DNA of 64,000 bases from Macrostomum lignano (taxonomy: Eukaryota). The stretch lies in NCBI GenBank assembly GCA_002269645.1, contig NIVC01003273.1:1-64000 (forward strand). Reading direction: 5' to 3'. The notes under the pieces are model-generated. The model had not been told where the DNA came from. It worked only from the letters and a program-made list of their open reading frames with translations, and searched no databases. Positions 63,805-64,000 of this stretch are shown piece by piece; positions within the stretch are counted from its first letter, which is position 1, and the number at the start of each line of letters is the position of its first letter. The translations under genes and the position numbers were made by a program.

Positions 63805-64000
63805 GCTGCTGTAGTCTGATTTCAGGCTTCTAGCTATTACATCCCTAGAGGACATTCTGTTTCTCAAACTTAGCAGATCTTGTCTCTGCGCTATTCTTAG
63901 CAGATCTTTCAATCTGCTGTTCTTGCAGGATCTTCTAAGAAGGGGGTACATTTGTTTTGTCATTCATTTGACCCAAGTGTTCTAGCTTTATTATTTTTAT

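Noticed and set aside
63700-63963. 87-aa minus-strand ORF
   Set aside because: It runs into a MITE, and no family is recognised even after removing the MITE.

Overview
Animal genomic DNA with spliceosomal GT-AG introns, GC-rich exons and introns filled with minisatellites. This style resembles a free-living flatworm such as Macrostomum, which is inference only. Left gene block (1-23 kb): the 3' part of a polycystin-1-like gene (+, REJ-GPS-PLAT-TM-channel) carrying about 10 single-base frameshifts, all in its 5' half; an orphan two-exon gene (+); and three minus-strand housekeeping genes, TAF13, CSDE1 and CCDC86. A very AT-rich, transposon-dense block (about 23-50 kb) contains a decayed full-length Gypsy LTR element (27751-38509, GATT target-site duplication) with a nested DD37E Tc1-like transposon and an extra non-env ORF. 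The same block holds a nearly intact DD36D maT-like transposon, a 5'-truncated LINE, several MITEs and a fossil RPA70-like OB-fold. Right gene block: RNF141 and a 4-exon DEG/ENaC channel with 21-bp satellite arrays in its introns. I found no CRISPR array, rRNA or true tRNA gene. The most interesting observations are the Gypsy extra ORF, intronic arrays that amplify splice-site-like sequence, MITE-borne satellites, the regional split between the palindromes TAGGCCTA and TACATGTA, the RPA-like fossil and the DD36D transposase. All coordinates, counts and alignments were done by hand; no searches were run.
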